Assembly (NCBI GenBank): GCA_965219345.1
Contig: OZ244732.1
Location: 1,696,001-1,760,000 of the forward strand
Direction of reading: 5' to 3'
DNA from: Nitrosopumilus sp.
GTDB taxonomy: Archaea > Thermoproteota > Nitrososphaeria > Nitrososphaerales > Nitrosopumilaceae
DNA length: 64,000 nt
Part shown: positions 49,945-61,946 of the stretch, one piece after another
Layout: the number at the start of each line of letters is the position of its first letter
Position numbering within the stretch: the stretch's first letter is position 1
The notes under the pieces: model-generated
What the model was told of the DNA's origin: nothing
What the model saw: only the letters and a program-made list of their open reading frames with translations
Database searches by the model: none
Program-made: the position numbers and the translations under genes

Positions 49945-50967
49945 ATGGGACTAAACCTAAAGGATTTGGTAGTAAGAGAGAAAACAAACCTAGAGGCGTT
50001 TTCGACTAAGATTATAGCAATTGATGCCTACAATGCGATCTACCAATTCCTAGCAAGCATTAGAGGTTCAGATGGATTACAGTTATCAGACTCTGAAGGA
50101 AGAATCACAAGTCATCTTAGCGGTCTACTTTACAGAAATGTCAACTTTCTGTCTTTAGGAATAAAGCCAGTTTATGTCTTCGATGGCAGGCCACCATCAC
50201 TAAAGACAGCAGAAATTGAACGGAGAAAACAGACCAAAAAAGATGCAACTGTCAAATATGAAAAAGCAATCACTGAAGGTAACATGGAGGATGCAAGAAA
50301 ATATGCACAACAAACAACCAGTATGAAAGATGGGATGGTAAAAGAATCAAAACAACTTTTAACATATTTTGGTATTCCATACATAGATGCGCTATCAGAA
50401 GGAGAAGCAACAGCTGCGCATCTAACAAACACTGGACAAGCATACGCATCTGCAAGTCAAGACTTTGATTCTATTTTATGTGGCGCAAAAAGATTGGTAA
50501 GAAATTTTACCAATAGTGGAAGAAGAAAATTACCAAGTAGAAATACTTACATCGATATTGTTCCAGAGATAATTGAAATACAGAAAACACTTGATGAATT
50601 AGGATTAACAAGGGAAGAACTTATTGACGTTGGAATTTTAATTGGAACTGATTTTAATCCAAATGGTTTTGATAGAATTGGTCCAAAAACCGCACTAAAA
50701 ATGATAAAACAACATTCAAGATTAGAGGATATTCCTCAAATTCAAGAACAGTTACAAGAGATAGATTTTCAACAGATCCGAAAAATCTTTTTGAAACCAG
50801 AAGTAACTGACGTGGATGAGATTGTTTTTGATAAAGTAGATTATGAGTCAATTACAAATTATCTAGTAAAAGAGAGAAGCTTCTCAGAAGACAGAATTCA
50901 AGCAACCTTAAACAGACTGAAAAAAGCACTAGAGAGAAAGAGTCAGAATCTAGACCAGTGGTTTTGA
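49945..50967 (+). CDS. fen: Flap endonuclease 1
   Basis: AIDAYN, PVYVFDG, SEGEA, SQDFD, GTDFNP, C-terminal PIP box QNLDQWF. Confidence 0.97.
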   Translation: MGLNLKDLVVREKTNLEAFSTKIIAIDAYNAIYQFLASIRGSDGLQLSDSEGRITSHLSGLLYRNVNFLSLGIKPVYVFDGRPPSLKTAEIERRKQTKKDATVKYEKAITEGNMEDARKYAQQTTSMKDGMVKESKQLLTYFGIPYIDALSEGEATAAHLTNTGQAYASASQDFDSILCGAKRLVRNFTNSGRRKLPSRNTYIDIVPEIIEIQKTLDELGLTREELIDVGILIGTDFNPNGFDRIGPKTALKMIKQHSRLEDIPQIQEQLQEIDFQQIRKIFLKPEVTDVDEIVFDKVDYESITNYLVKERSFSEDRIQATLNRLKKALERKSQNLDQWF

Positions 50968-51008
50968 TAATATTTCAATTTAATAACTAGTCAATCTAAT
51001 TTTAAAAA

Positions 51009-51536
51009 ATGTATCAAACCGAAGCAAGAAAAACTCTCAAGGATGCACCTGTAATGTGGAGAAGAATAAATTCAATTGGCATAATTCTTGACTGCAATTC
51101 CACATATGCTGCAAACCTTGGATATGCAAAGTCAGAGATTTTAGGCAGGCCAATCTTTGAACATGTGCCTAAGGAGTCATGGGAAGCCATGAATGACTCT
51201 CTAAAAACATGGTTTGAGACAGGAAAGGTAACGGATAGAAAGATCACATTCAAAAGACAGGATGGAAGTACTTTCCCAGGATTATTGCAGGCAACAAGTC
51301 TTTATGATGAAAATAAAAATATGCTTGGAAGTAATACAGTGATTTTTGATTTAACACATATGACTAATGAAAAAATTATAGAGTATGAGGAATTTTTTAC
51401 AGAAGCAAACAATAGACTAGACGAAATCAAAGAAAAGGAATACGGTCAACTAGATAAGAATTCAAAATCAGAGTATGATGGACTCAAAAAGATGTTCGAT
51501 ATGCTTTCCACTGTTGGTCTAAGGGAATTAAAATGA
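51009..51536 (+). CDS. PAS-domain protein
   Basis: CNSTYAANLGYAKSEILGR...KRQDGSTFP. Confidence 0.85.
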   Translation: MYQTEARKTLKDAPVMWRRINSIGIILDCNSTYAANLGYAKSEILGRPIFEHVPKESWEAMNDSLKTWFETGKVTDRKITFKRQDGSTFPGLLQATSLYDENKNMLGSNTVIFDLTHMTNEKIIEYEEFFTEANNRLDEIKEKEYGQLDKNSKSEYDGLKKMFDMLSTVGLRELK

Positions 51537-51546
51537 ATGTAGTAAA

Positions 51547-53469
51547 TTATTTAGATTTTTCTTTAATTGATTTTTGAATCTGGTCAAATACACTTTGAAC
51601 TTCAGTTACTGCTGTACTATCTTCTAGTGTACTAACATCACCAATTTTTTCATTGTTTGCAATTGCTTTTAGTAATCTTCGCATAATTTTTCCACTACGA
51701 GTTTTTGGAAGTTTTGAAACGAAATAGATTTGTTTGGGGGTTGCAATTGCACCAATATCATTTCGTATTTTATTTGAAAGTTCTTTTTCTAAATCGCCAT
51801 GATTTTTTTCTACTCCTTGTTTTAGAACAACAAACGCAATTATCACTTCTCCTTTAACATCATCTGGAATTCCACATACTGCAGATTCTGCAACATGATT
51901 ATGAGATACAATACTACTTTCAAGTTCTGCGGTTCCAATTCTGTGTCCTGCTACTTTTAGAATATCATCTGCGCGTCCAAGTAACCAAAGATATCCATCT
52001 TCATCTTTTAGTGCATAGTCCCCTGGATAGTAATAGTTTTCATATTTTGACCAGTAAACAGTCTTGTATTTTTCATCATCACCCCACAACGTCAAAAGCA
52101 TTCCAGGCCAAGGATTCTTAATCACAAGGTATCCCTTTGTGTTTGGAGAAACATCAGCCCCATTTTCGTCAACCACTGCGATATTCACGCCTGGGATTGG
52201 GAGTGTTCCAGAACCGGGTTTTAGAGGAATTGTATCTAATCCAGGTAATGGGGAAATTAGCATCCCTCCAGTTTCAGTTTGCCACCAAGTATCAATGATT
52301 GGACACTTTTCTCTTCCAATAGTTTTGAAATACCATCTCCAGACTTTTGGATTTATTGGTTCTCCCACTGTTCCAAGCAATCGTAATGAAGAAAGATCAA
52401 AAGAGTTTGGAATGTCATCTCCAAATTTCATAAACATTCTAAGTGCAGTAGGCGTTGTATAGAAGGTTGTAACTTTGTATTTTTGTAAAATATCCCACAT
52501 TCTTGATGCATCAGGGTAATCAGGTGCACCTTCATACATTATTTCAGTGGCACCATGAAGTAATGGTGCATAGACAACGTAGCTATGGCCCGTTACCCAA
52601 CCAATATCAGCAGTGCAAAAAAACACATCAGAATCTTTAATGTCAAATGCCCATTTGAAAGTAGAATACAAATGTGTTAGATAGCCGCCAGTTCCATGCA
52701 AAACTCCTTTTGGTTTTCCAGTGGTTCCAGACGTGTATAATATGTAAAGAGGATGATTGCTATCTAATTTTTCTGCATCACAATCACCAGACACATCTTT
52801 CATTAAATCATTCCAAAGCTTATCTTTTAATGTCATCGAGATTTCATTTTTTGTTCTTTCAAGAACTATAACATGTTCTACAAAATCAAAATCTTTGACT
52901 GCTTCATCAACTACTTCTTTGAGTTTGACAATTTTCCCTCTCCTATATCCACCATCTGCAGTAATGACAACTTTAGATTTAGAATCATCAATTCTATCTC
53001 TAATTGATGTTGCACTAAAACCTGAAAAGACTACGGTGTGTGTAGCACCAATTCTTGCACATGCTAACATTGCCATTGGTAGTTCTGGCACCATTGGAAG
53101 ATAGATAGTAACTCTATCTCCTTTTTTGACACCCAATGACTTTAGAACATTTGAGAGTTTTTGGACTTGAACAAACATATCATGATATGTTATTTTTCTA
53201 GATTCACCATTTTCTCCTTCCCATAATATAGCAGGTTTGTCAGCCTTAGTATCTTGATGCACGTCAAGCGCATTATATGAGGCGTTAATTGTGCCTCCGA
53301 CAAACCATCTAGCAAAAGGAGGATGCCAATCAAGTGTCTTTTCCCAAGGTGAAAACCAGGAGAGGTTCTTGGCCTGATCATCCCAAAAAGATACAAAATC
53401 AGAGTTTGCATTTTTTCTTATTTTAGAGTCATCGTTTCCAAGGCCAATATTGTAAGTCTCAGACATCAA
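51547..53469 (-). CDS. acs: Acetyl-CoA synthetase (AMP-forming)
   Basis: YTSGTTGKPKG, DTWWQTETG, LPKTRSGKIMRR. Confidence 0.95.
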   Translation of the reverse strand: MMSETYNIGLGNDDSKIRKNANSDFVSFWDDQAKNLSWFSPWEKTLDWHPPFARWFVGGTINASYNALDVHQDTKADKPAILWEGENGESRKITYHDMFVQVQKLSNVLKSLGVKKGDRVTIYLPMVPELPMAMLACARIGATHTVVFSGFSATSIRDRIDDSKSKVVITADGGYRRGKIVKLKEVVDEAVKDFDFVEHVIVLERTKNEISMTLKDKLWNDLMKDVSGDCDAEKLDSNHPLYILYTSGTTGKPKGVLHGTGGYLTHLYSTFKWAFDIKDSDVFFCTADIGWVTGHSYVVYAPLLHGATEIMYEGAPDYPDASRMWDILQKYKVTTFYTTPTALRMFMKFGDDIPNSFDLSSLRLLGTVGEPINPKVWRWYFKTIGREKCPIIDTWWQTETGGMLISPLPGLDTIPLKPGSGTLPIPGVNIAVVDENGADVSPNTKGYLVIKNPWPGMLLTLWGDDEKYKTVYWSKYENYYYPGDYALKDEDGYLWLLGRADDILKVAGHRIGTAELESSIVSHNHVAESAVCGIPDDVKGEVIIAFVVLKQGVEKNHGDLEKELSNKIRNDIGAIATPKQIYFVSKLPKTRSGKIMRRLLKAIANNEKIGDVSTLEDSTAVTEVQSVFDQIQKSIKEKSK

Positions 53470-53520
53470 AAAGTGTATGAACGTAGATCTTTCTAAATGT
53501 TAAAAAAATAAATTAAAAAA

Positions 53521-54399
53521 TTATTGTACTTCCATTCTAGCGAGCCAATCATTATCGTTGTCTTCTTTTGGAGTTTCCGGGGTCACCTGTTTGGGTGGTT
53601 CTGGAAATTCAGCTGAAACTTCAGATTCAGTTGGAGATTCAGGTATTGGAAGAGTCTCTGTTCTGATTGGTTCTGAAGGTTGGGTTGTTGATACTGTTGG
53701 GACTTCTGGAAGTATTGTCTGAACTACTTGTTGTGGTTCAGGAGTCTCCAGATATGAAACGGCGGATTCTTGGATATTTACTTGTGGAGGAGCACTTACT
53801 GCTTGAACTTCCAATTCAAGATCTGCAATTCTACTCTTTACATTTGAGATTTCTGCTTTTTCGTGAGAAACACGCTCAATTACTTCAGTTGTGCATGATT
53901 TCACAGAATCAAATGTTATTTCAGAGATTTCATTGCTCTTGCATTGTACATTTGCATCAAACAATAGCATCCTTGCAGACTTCATCTCTTCGTCTAACTC
54001 AGTTATTCTTTCCTCTAGTTTGGCTTGGATTTCACTTTCTGTTTCATCCAATGCTACAAGTTTTGACTTGTATTTTTCATGAATCATTTCTGCATCTTCT
54101 TTCATGTGATCATTTTCAGAAGCAATGTCCATCAGTGCCTTTAGACGACGTAGAGTTAGTTGTTTTTCACGAATGAGTCTTTGAGAGTCAAGTCTCCATT
54201 TTGGAATGAAAATAACAGCTTCATTTTGGACTACTATTTGTTCAAACTGGATTTGCTGTAATCCTTGAGAACCGCAGTCAATACCAATGGATTGGATACT
54301 ACCATCAATGTCAGTTATTGTTCCTATGACTTTACCCATGAATGTTCCGTACATGTCTTTGACATTCTTGCCGATAATTTCGATATCATCGTTTGTCAT
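53521..54399 (-). CDS. cdvA: Cell division protein CdvA
   Basis: N-terminal PRC barrel (IGKNVKDMYG), coiled coil, Pro-rich tail. Confidence 0.85.
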   Translation of the reverse strand: MTNDDIEIIGKNVKDMYGTFMGKVIGTITDIDGSIQSIGIDCGSQGLQQIQFEQIVVQNEAVIFIPKWRLDSQRLIREKQLTLRRLKALMDIASENDHMKEDAEMIHEKYKSKLVALDETESEIQAKLEERITELDEEMKSARMLLFDANVQCKSNEISEITFDSVKSCTTEVIERVSHEKAEISNVKSRIADLELEVQAVSAPPQVNIQESAVSYLETPEPQQVVQTILPEVPTVSTTQPSEPIRTETLPIPESPTESEVSAEFPEPPKQVTPETPKEDNDNDWLARMEVQ

Positions 54400-54532
54400 G
54401 TGAGATAATTATGAGGTTTGTATAACCGACAAAGTGTAAGTAATGTTTTTAGTTTTAGTAAGATTATTTTCACTAACTCAAAATATCTCAATTTTCAGTA
54501 ATTTTAAAATTTAGAGGCATACTAGTAGGCAC

Positions 54533-54826
54533 ATGATTCAAAGAGAAGAATTAGAGCAAATTTTGAGTTTTGTCGCAAGTAGATGGGTAGAACTTACAAA
54601 AGATCCAGATAGTAAAAATCTCGATAATTTACCAAGTGATTTTTGGATGAATTCTGTAGGTGGAAAAACTGCAAAAAATGGATACTGGGTTACAACATTA
54701 ATGTATACAGAAAACGAAGCAGATGCAGCAGGCTTCAAAGAAGTACTGTTAAGATGGCAAGCAAAAGGAAATGACAAAAACAGAGACAAAGGTCCCGATC
54801 TAATTCAAATTGGAAAAAAGAAATAG
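54533..54826 (+). CDS. Hypothetical protein
   Basis: 97-aa ORF. Confidence 0.6.
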   Translation: MIQREELEQILSFVASRWVELTKDPDSKNLDNLPSDFWMNSVGGKTAKNGYWVTTLMYTENEADAAGFKEVLLRWQAKGNDKNRDKGPDLIQIGKKK

Positions 54827-54837
54827 ACTATTAATAA

Positions 54838-56478
54838 TTGAAAAACTGGACATTGGTATTGTCAGAGTTTTCAATTAAAGAAAAGAAGATCCTGTCAGAT
54901 CATTTTTCAAATACTGATAGAAGTGTCTTTGCAATAATTACTCCTAGACAAGTTGATCGTGGTGCACTGATGTCAAGATATAGTAGAACCAACAAAAGTA
55001 TGAGACGAATTTTTCTAGATGAGTTTTTAAAAAATAAAAACAGGGGTGAAGAATTTTACAATAGAGTTCTTTTAGAATATGGTGATGACTCTGTTGCAGA
55101 ATTAGGTGAAGCACAAATTGCAATTGAGGGTTTGTCAAACATTGCAGTAAAAAAAATTGAAGACAGAAGGATTGGACTGTCCTACTTGGAAAAATCGTCA
55201 AGATATGTTGCGTGGGATAAAAAAGAAAAAGGAAAATACCGATTTTACAGAGATCCTGAAATTATTAAATCAAGATTTGCAGATATGTATGAAGATACTT
55301 GTAATTTTTCATTTGATGTTTATTCAAAAAACATTGAACCGATGATAAACTATATCAGGAAAAAATATCCTATGGAAAAATATAGTTTTAAAGATTCAAC
55401 AGATGGAAAAGAAAAATCATTTTTCAAATTAAAAAATGAAGGAGACATAAAATCTGCCAATATGATTTACAGAGGTTCTACTAAAGCTAAAGCACTAGAT
55501 ATTCTTAGAGGATTATTACCGGCATCAACTTTGACAAATGTTGGAATTACGGGTAACGGCCGTGCGTTTGAATATCTTCTGACAGTTCTAGGCTCATCTG
55601 AACTAAGAGAAGAGAGGGATTTAGCCTCAAAAATCAAAAAAGAACTCGATACAACAATCAAATCATTTGTTGGGAGGGCAGATGACAAATACGGAAAAGC
55701 ATTTCAAAAATATCTCAAAGATATTAAAAATAAAACAAAATCAATTACTGCAAGACAGGTCAAACCAAAATCCACCATGGGAATGATAACAAAGCTTGTT
55801 GATTTTGAATCAGAGAAAATTGCGATGGATAAAATTATTACAAGTATAATTTATGAACAGTCACCAAGTACATCATATCAAAATATTTTACAGCAAGTAA
55901 AAAAATTTTCAAAGGAAAATAAAATTAAAATAATTAATGAATTTGCTAAACTTCGAACAAACAGACGCCATAGACCATCTAGGGCATTTGAAAGTGTCTA
56001 CTATACTTTTGATTTATGTAATAATTTTGGAATGTTCAGGGATTTTCATAGACATAGAGCTTTAACTCTAGAACGGCAATTGTTAACAACTGATCATGGA
56101 TTTAATATTCCAAATGAAATTAAGATTCTTGGAATTGAAAGAGACTTTAAGGATTGCATGAACAAAACCAAAGAAACATTTGAAAAAATTAGAAAAAAAT
56201 ATCCCGAACAGGGGCAATATGTAGTAAACTTTGCATACAACTATCCGTATTTCATGAAATTCAATCTAAGAGAAGCCTGTCACCTAATTGAATTAAGAAC
56301 AGTTCCACAAGGACATGTAGATTATAGACTAGTGGCACAACAAATGTTCAGACAGATTAACAAAATACATCCCAATTTGAGTAAAATTATGAAATTTGTG
56401 GATTTAAAGAGATATGATTTAGAAAGATTTGAATCAGAAAAGAGAACAGAAGAGAAGAGGAAGAAGTTAAAAAAATAG
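54838..56478 (+). CDS. thyX: Flavin-dependent thymidylate synthase (double-domain)
   Basis: [32 protein letters not shown]. Confidence 0.92.
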   Translation: MKNWTLVLSEFSIKEKKILSDHFSNTDRSVFAIITPRQVDRGALMSRYSRTNKSMRRIFLDEFLKNKNRGEEFYNRVLLEYGDDSVAELGEAQIAIEGLSNIAVKKIEDRRIGLSYLEKSSRYVAWDKKEKGKYRFYRDPEIIKSRFADMYEDTCNFSFDVYSKNIEPMINYIRKKYPMEKYSFKDSTDGKEKSFFKLKNEGDIKSANMIYRGSTKAKALDILRGLLPASTLTNVGITGNGRAFEYLLTVLGSSELREERDLASKIKKELDTTIKSFVGRADDKYGKAFQKYLKDIKNKTKSITARQVKPKSTMGMITKLVDFESEKIAMDKIITSIIYEQSPSTSYQNILQQVKKFSKENKIKIINEFAKLRTNRRHRPSRAFESVYYTFDLCNNFGMFRDFHRHRALTLERQLLTTDHGFNIPNEIKILGIERDFKDCMNKTKETFEKIRKKYPEQGQYVVNFAYNYPYFMKFNLREACHLIELRTVPQGHVDYRLVAQQMFRQINKIHPNLSKIMKFVDLKRYDLERFESEKRTEEKRKKLKK

Positions 56479-56514
56479 AAAAATATTCTAATATCAAAGG
56501 AAATTGAATAGATT

Positions 56515-56919
56515 ATGACGGAGAAAATTGTAAAAACACCCGAAGAATGGAGAGAGAAGCTAAACCCTGATCAATATGAAATTTGCATCAATCATGGAAC
56601 TGAACCGCCATTTTCCGGAAAATACAACAATAGTAAATTTGATGGAGCATACAAATGCGTATGCTGTGGAGAAGAACTTTTTTCATCTGATACAAAGTTT
56701 GATTCGGGTTCAGGTTGGCCAAGTTTTTGGAAACCAATCTCAGAAGACAGAATAGAATACATTTCAGATACAGCACACGGAATGGTTCGTACAGAAGTTA
56801 ATTGTAACAAATGTGGAGCACATCTAGGTCACGTATTTGATGATGGGCCAAAGCCCACAAATTCTAGATATTGCATAAATTCGATCTCATTGCAACATGA
56901 AAATGATAATGATGAGTGA
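56515..56919 (+). CDS. msrB: Peptide methionine-R-sulfoxide reductase
   Basis: [30 protein letters not shown]. Confidence 0.97.
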   Translation: MTEKIVKTPEEWREKLNPDQYEICINHGTEPPFSGKYNNSKFDGAYKCVCCGEELFSSDTKFDSGSGWPSFWKPISEDRIEYISDTAHGMVRTEVNCNKCGAHLGHVFDDGPKPTNSRYCINSISLQHENDNDE

Positions 56920-56994
56920 TTTTGTATTCATTGTTGAGAGAAATTATTTTACAATAGTTTAATTACAACACGATTTCACCAGTTTTAGAAAGAT

Positions 56995-57369
56995 ATGTCA
57001 TTTGATAGGGAAAGAGAAATGTTTACAGCAACTTGTGGTGACTGTGGAAATGAATGCCAAATACCATTCAAACCAAAAGAGGACAGACCTGTTTATTGTA
57101 ATGAATGTTTCCGAAATCATAAGCCAGAACCAAGAGGTGGTGGCGGTAGATTTGGAGGCAGATCCGGAGGTTATGGCGGAAACAGAGGTGGAAGATCCGG
57201 AGGTTATGGTGGAAACAGAGATTCCAGATTTGGTAGAAGAGATGACAGACCACGGGAAATGTTTGATGCAAAATGCGGAGATTGTGGAAATGATTGCCAA
57301 ATACCATTCAAACCAAAAGAGGACAGGCCTGTTTATTGTAATGAATGCTTCCGAAATCACAGACGTTAG
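56995..57369 (+). CDS. Tandem CxxC-x17-CxxC protein with RGG-rich linker
   Basis: Two near-identical CGDCG..CQIPFKP..RPVYCNECF domains. Confidence 0.9.
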   Translation: MSFDREREMFTATCGDCGNECQIPFKPKEDRPVYCNECFRNHKPEPRGGGGRFGGRSGGYGGNRGGRSGGYGGNRDSRFGRRDDRPREMFDAKCGDCGNDCQIPFKPKEDRPVYCNECFRNHRR

Positions 57370-57468
57370 TAAATTGTTTTGAATAAGCATTATACATAAT
57401 TAGTTATATGAAAATCAAAAGGGAGATAAAATGAACTATATTTGTATACCAAAAAGGAATGAGGAATT

Positions 57469-58479
57469 TTGAGAATAATACTATGTGGTTTCGGGGTTGT
57501 TGGTCAAAGTTTAGTTAAATTATTTGATTCAAGATCAGAGGATCTTTATGCAAAATATGGACTCAAGCCAAGAGTAGTAGGAGTAGTTGATAGTAAAGGA
57601 AGTGCGGTAGACCCATCAGGATTAGAGTTTAACAAACTTATCGAAATAAAGAAAAAATTTGGAACTGTAAAAAATTATGCAAACACAAGAAATGCTATGT
57701 CTGGAATTGATGTGTTGAAAAATATCGAGGCAGACGTGTTGATTGAGACTACTGCAAGTAACTACAAGGATGCAGAACCTGGAATGACTCACATTACAAC
57801 TGCCATGAAAAAAGGCTTGCATGTAATTTCTGTAAACAAAGGCCCACTGGCTTTAGCATTTCCATCACTCATGGAACTTGCCACATACAATCAAGTCATT
57901 TTAAAATTTAGTGGCACAGTAGGAGGAGGAACCCCAATTCTAGACTATGCTAAAAACAGCTTAAGTGGTGAAAGAATAACGGCATTTTCAGGAATCCTAA
58001 ATGGAACCACAAATTACATTTTATCAAATATGAGTACAGGATTATCTTTTAGTGAAGCACTCAAAGATGCCAAAGGCAAGGGATATGTTGAAGCTGATGA
58101 ATCCTTGGATTTGGATGGTTTGGATGCAGCTGCCAAACTAGTAATTCTTGCAAACTGGATAATGGGAATGAAAGTTACAATGCCAGATATTAATTGTACA
58201 GGAATACGAAAAGTTTCAACAGAAGATATCAAAAAAGCGGCCAAGAATAATTGTGTTATAAAATTAATTGCAACATGTAACAAAGAACTTGTTGTAGGGC
58301 CAAAAGAGGTGCCAAAAGATGACCCGCTTTGTGTTAATGGAACACTAAATGCAATTGCTTTTACTTCAGAGCACTCAGGTACACAAACAATAATTGGTAA
58401 AGGAGCTGGAGGAATGGAAACTGCCAGTTCTGTTCTAAGGGATTTGTTAGATATTAGACAAGAGATTGCAAAAACTTGA
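57469..58479 (+). CDS. hom: Homoserine dehydrogenase
   Basis: GFGVVG, NKGP, GILNGTTN, GAGGMETA. Confidence 0.95.
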   Translation: MRIILCGFGVVGQSLVKLFDSRSEDLYAKYGLKPRVVGVVDSKGSAVDPSGLEFNKLIEIKKKFGTVKNYANTRNAMSGIDVLKNIEADVLIETTASNYKDAEPGMTHITTAMKKGLHVISVNKGPLALAFPSLMELATYNQVILKFSGTVGGGTPILDYAKNSLSGERITAFSGILNGTTNYILSNMSTGLSFSEALKDAKGKGYVEADESLDLDGLDAAAKLVILANWIMGMKVTMPDINCTGIRKVSTEDIKKAAKNNCVIKLIATCNKELVVGPKEVPKDDPLCVNGTLNAIAFTSEHSGTQTIIGKGAGGMETASSVLRDLLDIRQEIAKT

Positions 58480-58952
58480 AATCCAATCTAATTTCAAAAA
58501 GTGAGACATCTGCACTACTAAAAACAGTTTCAGAGATATGGAGGATAGAGTGTCCGAAAATAAAAAATCTCAAAGTTTATCAAATTTCTAGCGAGGCACG
58601 AATCATCACAGGAAATGGAATAAAGATATTGAAAATTAATAATGATTATTTGCCATTTTTATCAGAAACTAAAACTCTGGAAAAATTCCCAAATGTCATG
58701 GTGGATATGGGTGCTGTTAAATTTATGTGCAAAGGAGCAAATGTTATGAGACCAGGAATTAAAAATTTTACGGAATTTGAGAAAGACAAGATTGTATGCA
58801 TCATAGAAGAATCTCAACACAAGTTTTTAGCAGTTGGAAAGGCAATGGTTTCTAGTTCAGAGTTAGAAAATATGGAAAAAGGAGAGGTTGTAAAAAATTT
58901 ACATTATATTTCTGATAAATTTTGGGAAACTGGGAAAACAATTTATGATTAA
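58476..58952 (+). CDS. PUA-domain RNA-binding protein (MCT-1/Tma20-like)
   Basis: VDMGAVKFMCKGANVMRPGI, HYISD. Confidence 0.9.
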   Translation: MKSNLISKSETSALLKTVSEIWRIECPKIKNLKVYQISSEARIITGNGIKILKINNDYLPFLSETKTLEKFPNVMVDMGAVKFMCKGANVMRPGIKNFTEFEKDKIVCIIEESQHKFLAVGKAMVSSSELENMEKGEVVKNLHYISDKFWETGKTIYD

Positions 58953-58981
58953 AGCAGTTTTTTCAAGATTAAGATTTGTGT

Positions 58982-59578
58982 TTATTTGATTTCTTCTGTA
59001 AATTCTTCAGTGCCTTGGTTAGTGATTACAAGAATGTCTAAACCATCACCACTTGCAGAATCTCTCAGAATTGCTGAATGAACTGCACGTTTAGCCAAAT
59101 CAATTGCGTCGTCTTTAGTCATGTTAGGTTTGAATTGAGGATCTAATACGCCTAATGCCATTTCAGCGCCAGTTCCAACTGCTGCATATTCATCGGGAAG
59201 AACTGAACCTAAGGGGTCAAGAGTATACATTACTGGTTTGTCAACAACACCTCCAACAATCACTTGAGTCAATAATGGGAAATATCTTCGCTCATACATC
59301 ATATTTGACATCATTTTTGCAACTGTGTTTGGAGGAACATCTCGTTTGATTTCCATTTTTCTAATTTTTGCAAGAGCCGCAATTTGCAAGGACAAAATTT
59401 GCATATCTGCCACAAGGCCAGCACAAGTTGCACCAACTTTGGAAGTTATGGGAAATGTTTTCTTGGTTGATTTACTCACAAGGAAATTTCCAAATGCGAT
59501 CCTTTTTTCACTAGCAAAAACGACACCGCCATCAAAAGTAATTCCAACAGCAGTTGCTCCTGGCATATACATGGACAT
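58982..59578 (-). CDS. psmB: Proteasome beta subunit
   Basis: GATAVG...ASEKR, AGLVAD, DPLGS, RDSASGDG. Confidence 0.93.
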   Translation of the reverse strand: MSMYMPGATAVGITFDGGVVFASEKRIAFGNFLVSKSTKKTFPITSKVGATCAGLVADMQILSLQIAALAKIRKMEIKRDVPPNTVAKMMSNMMYERRYFPLLTQVIVGGVVDKPVMYTLDPLGSVLPDEYAAVGTGAEMALGVLDPQFKPNMTKDDAIDLAKRAVHSAILRDSASGDGLDILVITNQGTEEFTEEIK

Positions 59579-59670
59579 AATTCAAATAATTTTGCAGCAT
59601 AATAAAGGGCTTTCTACATAGCAAGCATGATTCCGAGTAAAATAGCCACACTAAATTTCAGATGTCTTTA

Positions 59671-61023
59671 CTAGTTTTTTCCAAAGTTTTCCATAATCAA
59701 ACAAATACACTTGGTTGTTTTCTTTAACAAATCAACCCGGGCAAATTCGTTTGGAGAATGAATTCTAGAAAACATGTAGGTACTTCCTATCGATATGCAT
59801 GGAGCTTTCAAAATATCAACAAAGGGATACATTGGACCTGTTCCAGCATTTGAGACATTTAGGATAGATTTCCCATATGATTTATCAGCTGCCTCTTTAA
59901 CTTGGGTTACAAATGGTTCTGAAGAGCTAGTTCTGGCAGCTGCCTCGCCATGAAATACCTTGATTTTGATATCAGCAAATCCTTTGGATTTCAGATGTTT
60001 TTTTAATCTCATAACTTGTTTTTTTGGATTCATTTTAGGTACCAATCTAAAATCAATTTTGACTAGAGCTTCACCCGGAAGAACTGTTTTTGCGCCGTCA
60101 CCGGTATATCCAGAGACAAATCCAGCAATATTACAAGTAGTGCCTCCCGCCAAAGCCTTTTTTGCACTCATTCCTTTTTTGTCACCTACAAAAGATTTGA
60201 TTCCAAATTCTTTTTTGAAAACATTTTCATCAAAAGGTTCTTTCCGGATTAGTTCCAAGTCATTTTTTGAGAATGGTGTGACTTCTTTGTACCAATCTTT
60301 AATGAGGATTTTTCCGTTTGAATCCCTAAGGGTCTTAACAGCATCAATTAATCGCCATGCAGGATTTTTTATCAAAACTGCCAAACTGGAATGAGCATCA
60401 ATAATTGACTCCTTTATTGATAATTCAACAAACAATAATCCTTTCATTCCTAGGCCAACTATCGGCCTATTTTTTGCATCAACATATCCAAATTCCCAGA
60501 TAACCCCATCACAGGAAAATTTGTTTTTATATTTTTTTAGATATTTTTCAATATGAGCACTTCCAGTTTCTTCTTCGCCTTCAATTACAAATTTTATGTT
60601 GCAAGGAACATCGCTTGATGTTTTTAGACAGGCTTCAACTGCTTTGATTCTAGTAATTAATTCACCTTTGTCATCAGTTGCCCCCCTCCCAAAGATTTTA
60701 TTTCCTTTTCTTGTTCCGCTAAATGGAGGATCATCCCATAAATCAAATGGTTCAGCCGGTTGCACATCATAATGATTGTAAAACATCAAAGTCTTTGCTG
60801 AGTTTTGTTTTGATTTTATTTCTCCATAAACAATAGGTGCAACCCCTTTTTTCAATCGTAAGATTTCAGATTTTAGTCCAGATTTCTTCAATAATTTTTT
60901 TACAAGTTTTGCACATTCCTCAATTCCTTCGTTTTTTGCCGAGACGCTTGGCTGCCTAATCAAAGTTTGTAGGTCTGAAATTAGATTATTCATGTTAGAA
61001 TCTATGTGTTTTAATGCATTCAT
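59671..61023 (-). CDS. M20 family metallopeptidase
   Basis: HYDVQP, GRGATDDKG, EGEEE, HSPNE. Confidence 0.92.
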   Translation of the reverse strand: MNALKHIDSNMNNLISDLQTLIRQPSVSAKNEGIEECAKLVKKLLKKSGLKSEILRLKKGVAPIVYGEIKSKQNSAKTLMFYNHYDVQPAEPFDLWDDPPFSGTRKGNKIFGRGATDDKGELITRIKAVEACLKTSSDVPCNIKFVIEGEEETGSAHIEKYLKKYKNKFSCDGVIWEFGYVDAKNRPIVGLGMKGLLFVELSIKESIIDAHSSLAVLIKNPAWRLIDAVKTLRDSNGKILIKDWYKEVTPFSKNDLELIRKEPFDENVFKKEFGIKSFVGDKKGMSAKKALAGGTTCNIAGFVSGYTGDGAKTVLPGEALVKIDFRLVPKMNPKKQVMRLKKHLKSKGFADIKIKVFHGEAAARTSSSEPFVTQVKEAADKSYGKSILNVSNAGTGPMYPFVDILKAPCISIGSTYMFSRIHSPNEFARVDLLKKTTKCICLIMENFGKN

Positions 61024-61028
61024 GTTAT

Positions 61029-61892
61029 TCACACAATTTTATCAAAAGGCTTCATTACAGTTGGAATTTCATCTAAAAGATCCATAGAGGTCATATGTAA
61101 CCCCAATTTCTTTTGAACAGCCTTTCCTAGCAATCCGTTGATGAAGGTAGCTGCTGCTGCAGATTCTAAAGGATTTCGATTTTTAGAAAGCATTCCGGCT
61201 ACTAATCCTGAAAGAACATCACCAGTTCCACCAACTGTCATGGCAGGAATTTTTTTCTCGTAAAGATAAGTGGTTAAACCATTTGATATCACGTCTGTTG
61301 ATCCTTTTAGTAGAACTGTGATTCCATATTTCTTGGCATTTTTTTCTACCAATTTGATTCGTTCGTTTTTTGAGTTAGAAGGAGATTCTCCAAATAATCG
61401 CTTGAATTCTCCAGCATGAGGAGTTACTACAACATTTTTGTTTGCTAAAAGAGGTAAGACTTCAGGAATTAATGCGCTTGCATCTAATGATAATCTAACA
61501 TCTCTATCTAAAAGTGATTTAACCAGAATCAACAATGCATTTTTTTCTTGTATTGCAAGACCCATACCAATTGTTGCGGAATGTAAGTTTCTAGGTAATG
61601 CACCCACAAGTTTGTTTACAGCACCACGAGTTAATTTTTGATCAACTAAAGGAATCACAATAAGATTTGGGGAAATTGCACGTGTTGGTGTTACGTTGAT
61701 TTTCGGTACAGAGGTATAAACTAGATCAGTTCCACATCTAAGAGCCGCAATCGAGGATAAAATTGGAGCGCCGTGATAGATGTAGCTTCCACCAACCACA
61801 AGAACAATTCCATTATCACCTTTTCTAGATTTAGATTTTCGTGCAGGAATGAATTTCTTAACAATGGATGTTGAAAGATTCTTTCGTACCAT
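61029..61892 (-). CDS. nnrD: ADP-dependent NAD(P)H-hydrate dehydratase
   Basis: VVGGS..YHGAP, LDASAL, TPHAGEF, GGTGDVLSG. Confidence 0.93.
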   Translation of the reverse strand: MVRKNLSTSIVKKFIPARKSKSRKGDNGIVLVVGGSYIYHGAPILSSIAALRCGTDLVYTSVPKINVTPTRAISPNLIVIPLVDQKLTRGAVNKLVGALPRNLHSATIGMGLAIQEKNALLILVKSLLDRDVRLSLDASALIPEVLPLLANKNVVVTPHAGEFKRLFGESPSNSKNERIKLVEKNAKKYGITVLLKGSTDVISNGLTTYLYEKKIPAMTVGGTGDVLSGLVAGMLSKNRNPLESAAAATFINGLLGKAVQKKLGLHMTSMDLLDEIPTVMKPFDKIV

Positions 61893-61946
61893 TACAATAT
61901 ACTCTAAAAAATAGAGGAATAAATCTTGTTTTGATATAAATTGAGA

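Noticed and set aside
57002-57382. Alternative-frame and antisense ORFs over the CxxC-x17-CxxC gene
   Set aside because: By-products of the duplicated, G-rich coding sequence.
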